Of a DNA stretch of 64,000 bases, positions 60,189 through 64,000 are shown piece after piece. The notes under the pieces were generated by a model. That model searched no databases and was not told where the DNA came from. It saw only the letters and a program-made list of their open reading frames with translations. Location: the NCBI GenBank assembly GCA_900315695.1, contig ONAE01000005.1, forward strand, positions 1,468-65,467, read 5' to 3'. The translations under genes were made by a program, and so were the position numbers. The stretch's first letter is position 1. Every line of letters starts with the position of its first letter. The stretch comes from an uncultured Prevotella sp. Lineage in GTDB: Bacteria; Bacteroidota; Bacteroidia; Bacteroidales; Bacteroidaceae.

Positions 60189-62111
60189 ATGGGAAAGATT
60201 ATTGGAATTGATTTAGGAACTACCAACAGCTGCGTTGCCGTATTCGAAGGTAACGAGCCAGTAGTAATCGCCAACAGCGAGGGTAAGCGTACAACACCTT
60301 CAGTCGTTGGTTTTGTTGAGAATGGTGAGCGAAAGATCGGTGACCCTGCCAAGCGTCAGGCCATCACGAACCCGAAGAACACCGTTTATTCGATCAAGCG
60401 TTTTATGGGTGAGAACTGGCAGCAGACCGAGAAGGAAATCAACCGCGTGCCTTATTCTGTTGTGAATGAGGGTGGTTATCCCCGTGTGGACATCAATGGA
60501 CGTAAGTACACCCCGCAGGAGATTTCTGCTATGGTGCTGCAGAAGATGAAGAAGACTGCCGAGGATTATCTCGGACAGGAGGTGACAGAGGCTGTCATCA
60601 CCGTACCTGCCTACTTCTCTGACTCTCAGCGTCAGGCTACAAAGGAGGCTGGTCAGATTGCTGGTCTTGATGTAAAGCGTATTGTGAACGAGCCTACAGC
60701 CGCAGCTCTGGCTTACGGTGTAGATAAGGCCAACAAGGATATGAAGATCGCTGTATTCGACCTGGGTGGTGGTACATTCGATATCTCTATCCTGGAGTTC
60801 GGTGGTGGTGTGTTTGAGGTGCTCTCTACCAATGGTGATACCCACCTGGGTGGTGATGACTTCGATCAGGTAATCATCGACTGGCTGGTACAGGAGTTCA
60901 AGAACGACGAGGGTGCCAACCTGAAGGATGATCCGATGGCTATGCAGCGTCTGAAGGAGGCTGCTGAGAAGGCTAAGATCGAATTGTCTTCTTCTACCTC
61001 TACAGAGATCAACCTGCCTTACATCATGCCTGTAGGTGGTGTTCCCAAGCACTTGGTGAAGACCCTGACACGTGCTAAGTTCGAGCAGCTGGCCCACGAT
61101 CTGATTCAGGCTTGTCTGGCTCCCTGTCAGAAAGCTATGGCAGATGCCAAGCTGAATACCGCTGACATCGACGAGGTGATCCTGGTAGGTGGTTCAAGCC
61201 GTATCCCCGCTGTGCAGACACTGGTAAAGAACTACTTCGGCAAGGAGCCTTCAAAGGGTGTCAATCCTGATGAGGTGGTAGCCGTAGGTGCTTCTATCCA
61301 GGGTGCTATCCTGAACAAGGAAGGTGGCGTAGGCGACATCGTCCTGCTCGACGTGACCCCTCTGACACTGGGTATCGAGACCATGGGTGGTGTGATGACC
61401 AAGCTGATCGATGCTAACACGACCATTCCTTGCAAGAAGAGCGAGACCTTCTCTACTGCAGCTGACAATCAGACAGAGGTGACCATCCATGTGCTGCAGG
61501 GTGAGCGCCCAATGGCTTCACAGAACAAGAGTATCGGTCAGTTCAACCTGACTGGTATCGCTCCTGCACGTCGTGGTATTCCTCAGATCGAGGTAACCTT
61601 CGATATCGATGCCAACGGTATCCTGAAGGTATCTGCCAAGGATAAGGCTACAGGTAAGGAGCAGGCCATCCGCATCGAGGCTTCATCTGGTCTGTCACAA
61701 GATGAGATCAACCGCATGAAGGCCGAGGCAGAGCAGAATGCAGAGAACGATAAGAAGGAGCGCGAGCGCGTGGACAAGCTGAATCAGGCTGACTCTATGA
61801 TCTTCCAGACTGAGAACCAGTTGAAGGAAATCGGCGATAAGATCCCCGCAGAGCACAAGCCTGCTATCGAGAATGCCCTCCAGCAGCTGAAGGATGCCCA
61901 CAAGTCTGGCGATATCAACGCCATCGACACAGCTATCGCAGCCCTCAACAATGCTTGGCAGACTGCCAGCGCCTCCATGTACCAGCAGAGTGGTGCAGCA
62001 GGTCAGCCTGGTGGTGACACCTATCAGGGTGGTCAGCAGGCCGGAGGCCAGCAGGCTGGAGGCAATAAGGCTGACGACATCCAGGATGCCGACTTCGAGG
62101 AGGTTAAATGA
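60189..62111 (+). CDS. dnaK: Chaperone DnaK
   Basis: [31 protein letters not shown] and C-terminal DADFEEVK motifs. Confidence 0.98.
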   Translation: MGKIIGIDLGTTNSCVAVFEGNEPVVIANSEGKRTTPSVVGFVENGERKIGDPAKRQAITNPKNTVYSIKRFMGENWQQTEKEINRVPYSVVNEGGYPRVDINGRKYTPQEISAMVLQKMKKTAEDYLGQEVTEAVITVPAYFSDSQRQATKEAGQIAGLDVKRIVNEPTAAALAYGVDKANKDMKIAVFDLGGGTFDISILEFGGGVFEVLSTNGDTHLGGDDFDQVIIDWLVQEFKNDEGANLKDDPMAMQRLKEAAEKAKIELSSSTSTEINLPYIMPVGGVPKHLVKTLTRAKFEQLAHDLIQACLAPCQKAMADAKLNTADIDEVILVGGSSRIPAVQTLVKNYFGKEPSKGVNPDEVVAVGASIQGAILNKEGGVGDIVLLDVTPLTLGIETMGGVMTKLIDANTTIPCKKSETFSTAADNQTEVTIHVLQGERPMASQNKSIGQFNLTGIAPARRGIPQIEVTFDIDANGILKVSAKDKATGKEQAIRIEASSGLSQDEINRMKAEAEQNAENDKKERERVDKLNQADSMIFQTENQLKEIGDKIPAEHKPAIENALQQLKDAHKSGDINAIDTAIAALNNAWQTASASMYQQSGAAGQPGGDTYQGGQQAGGQQAGGNKADDIQDADFEEVK

Positions 62112-62144
62112 CACCGATAGGTAAAGACATAACAAAACGCAACG

Positions 62145-62186
62145 AAATAGCGTGTAGCTCAATGAGTTACACGCTATTTGTTTTTT
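62145..62186 (+). terminator. 16-bp hairpin with T tract after dnaK
   Basis: aaatagcgtgtagctc-aat-gagttacacgctattt then gtttttt. Confidence 0.7.
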
Positions 62187-62325
62187 ATGCCCTCATGTTT
62201 GCTATGTCTTTATTATGCCCTTATTTATCCCATTTTTGCGACATTCATGTAACGCGACTAATTTTGCGACAAGATGCAACCTATTTATACTAATTAGTAC
62301 TTATACATACTTAAATTTTTAAATT

Positions 62326-62880
62326 ATGCCAGAAGCTAAATTTCAAATCAAACGCAAGTGTGAAGTATGTGGGAACACCTTTATCGCAAAGACATTAGAT
62401 TCCCGCTACTGTTGTAGACATTGTACAGACATTGCCTACAAGAAACGAAAGGCTGCAAAAGCCAAAGAAGAGCGACTAAACCAAATCGCCCAACTTATTC
62501 CTGGAGAAAGAGAGTTCATCAGTATCAAGGAAGCCGTTGCCATGTACGCAATCAGTAGGGACACCCTCTATCGACTGATTCGCAAGGGAAAGCTACCTTA
62601 TATTAATATAGGAGAGCGACTAACTCGAATCTCACGAGAACAGTTAGAAAAGATAGTGCCTTTGCGTGAAGAGCCCATCAAAGATGAACACATGCTGCCA
62701 CGACTCTATGATTTGGAACCAGAGAATTGCTACACCATCGGAGAGATCTCCAAGAAATTCAGGATTGACGACAGTACCGTCTGGGCACATATTAGGAAAT
62801 ACTCTATCCCCACTCGCCAGATTGGGAACTATGTATATGCGCCTAAAAAAGAAATCGACAATTTGTATAAATCACTATAA
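62326..62880 (+). CDS. Excisionase-like HTH protein with N-terminal Cys motif
   Basis: CEVCG...YCCRHC, then ISIKEAVAMYAISRDTLYRLIRKG (HTH_17-like) and a second HTH-like segment. Confidence 0.8.
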   Translation: MPEAKFQIKRKCEVCGNTFIAKTLDSRYCCRHCTDIAYKKRKAAKAKEERLNQIAQLIPGEREFISIKEAVAMYAISRDTLYRLIRKGKLPYINIGERLTRISREQLEKIVPLREEPIKDEHMLPRLYDLEPENCYTIGEISKKFRIDDSTVWAHIRKYSIPTRQIGNYVYAPKKEIDNLYKSL

Positions 62881-62892
62881 GCAAACAGAATT

Positions 62893-64000
62893 ATGAGAAA
62901 GAAGTTATTAAACACGAAAGTGACCGTTAAACTCCGCAAGTCGGAATACAAGGAAGAATGGTATCTGACCGTTGAAGCATATCCTGTTTATGACCCATGT
63001 AATCCAAAACGTAAAAGGATTGTCGAGTCCATAAACCGAATTATCCGTACACCTATTTGGGATAAATCGTCTGTTATAGGCATTACACCAGATGGAGACT
63101 ATAAATATCGCCCCAAAAGGGATGCAAACGGAGTAATTCTTTGTTCCTCTCAACTGGACCAAGAATCATGTATCTACGCTGATGAGGTGAGAAAACTCCG
63201 TCAGCATGAATATGATAGTGCCATCATTTATACAGACAAAGAGGCAGAGCTGAAAGCGCAGAACGAACGTGGTGAGCAGGATTTCATCAAATACTTTGAA
63301 GGAATCATCTACAAACGTCATCCCAATAGTTCTGATTCTATCATTGTGAACTGGGAACGTGTAGCAGAACTGCTAAAGCTCTATTCTCATGGCAAGCCCA
63401 TACCATTCAAAACCATTTCCGTCAAATTGCTGGAAGACTTTAAGATGTTTCTGTTAGCGGCTCCACAAGGAGGCAACAAGAAAGGAAAGATCAAGCAAAA
63501 TACCGCATCTACCTACTTTGCTATCACTAAAGCAGGAGTAAGACAGGCATTTATCGATGAATACCTGACAGTTGATGTTAGCAGTAAAGTCGCTGGCATA
63601 ACAGCAAAAGAATCCCTTCGCGAAGTCCTCAATATGGAAGAAGTCAAGAAATTGGCTAAAACGCCATGTAAAAGTGATATCCTCCGAAGGGCATCTTTCT
63701 TCTCTATCATGACAGGTCTTCGTCATTGCGACATCCAGGCTTTAACTTGGAGCCGACTTCAATATCATAATGGTTCTTGGCAAATCGTGGAATTACAAGA
63801 AAAAACGGACATTCCTGAGTACCACCCGATTTCTGATCAGGCTTATGAATTATGTGGAGAACGACGTGATCCAGACAGACTAGTATTTGAGGGACTACAA
63901 GACCCTTCTTGGATTAATCGTCCTGTCAAAAAGTGGATTGAAGCGGCTGGAATTACTAAACACATTACCTTTCACTGCTTCCGCCACTCTTTTGCCACCT
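62893..64000 (+). CDS. Site-specific tyrosine integrase (partial, runs off the window; absent from the ORF track)
   Basis: Hand translation MRKKLLNTKVTVKLRKSE...NTASTYF...TGLRHCDI...KHITFHCFRHSFAT shows the catalytic R and HxxR. Confidence 0.92.
   Translation, partial: MRKKLLNTKVTVKLRKSEYKEEWYLTVEAYPVYDPCNPKRKRIVESINRIIRTPIWDKSSVIGITPDGDYKYRPKRDANGVILCSSQLDQESCIYADEVRKLRQHEYDSAIIYTDKEAELKAQNERGEQDFIKYFEGIIYKRHPNSSDSIIVNWERVAELLKLYSHGKPIPFKTISVKLLEDFKMFLLAAPQGGNKKGKIKQNTASTYFAITKAGVRQAFIDEYLTVDVSSKVAGITAKESLREVLNMEEVKKLAKTPCKSDILRRASFFSIMTGLRHCDIQALTWSRLQYHNGSWQIVELQEKTDIPEYHPISDQAYELCGERRDPDRLVFEGLQDPSWINRPVKKWIEAAGITKHITFHCFRHSFAT

Larger units (their letters stand above)
62100..64000 (+). 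mobile_element. Left end of a tyrosine-integrase integrative element adjacent to the dnaK 3' end
   Basis: Abrupt shift to AT-richer DNA after the dnaK stop, followed by an HTH gene and an integrase gene. Confidence 0.75.

Overview
This is a core-genome window from a Bacteroidales bacterium, Prevotella-like by gene content and its TTTG-N19/20-TAnnTTTG promoters. It starts with the end of a SusD/lipoprotein uptake locus. Housekeeping genes include ispH, meaB, fumarate hydratase, hflX, nagB, mnmA, rsgA, frr, nhaD, recA, clpB and dnaK. It also carries an alpha-2-macroglobulin, several peptidases, a GH94 phosphorylase, a TonB receptor and a three-gene fabG-KS-ACP module. The most striking feature is an operon of four paralogous sensor histidine kinases (43839-53559) in an A-B-A-B order: both A copies have lost the phospho-accepting His (Tyr, Phe), both B copies keep it, and no response regulator is nearby. 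This suggests a duplicated pseudokinase/kinase heterodimer module. A ~550 bp nested imperfect palindrome follows it directly. Accessory DNA comprises a two-gene cassette between 40-bp direct-repeat hairpins (1345-2216), an AT-rich island with an orphan rfbC and an internally deleted IS4 element (38584-40136), and the left end of a tyrosine-integrase element abutting the dnaK stop codon. I saw no rRNA, tRNA, CRISPR array or reverse transcriptase. All family assignments come from motif recognition, not database searches.
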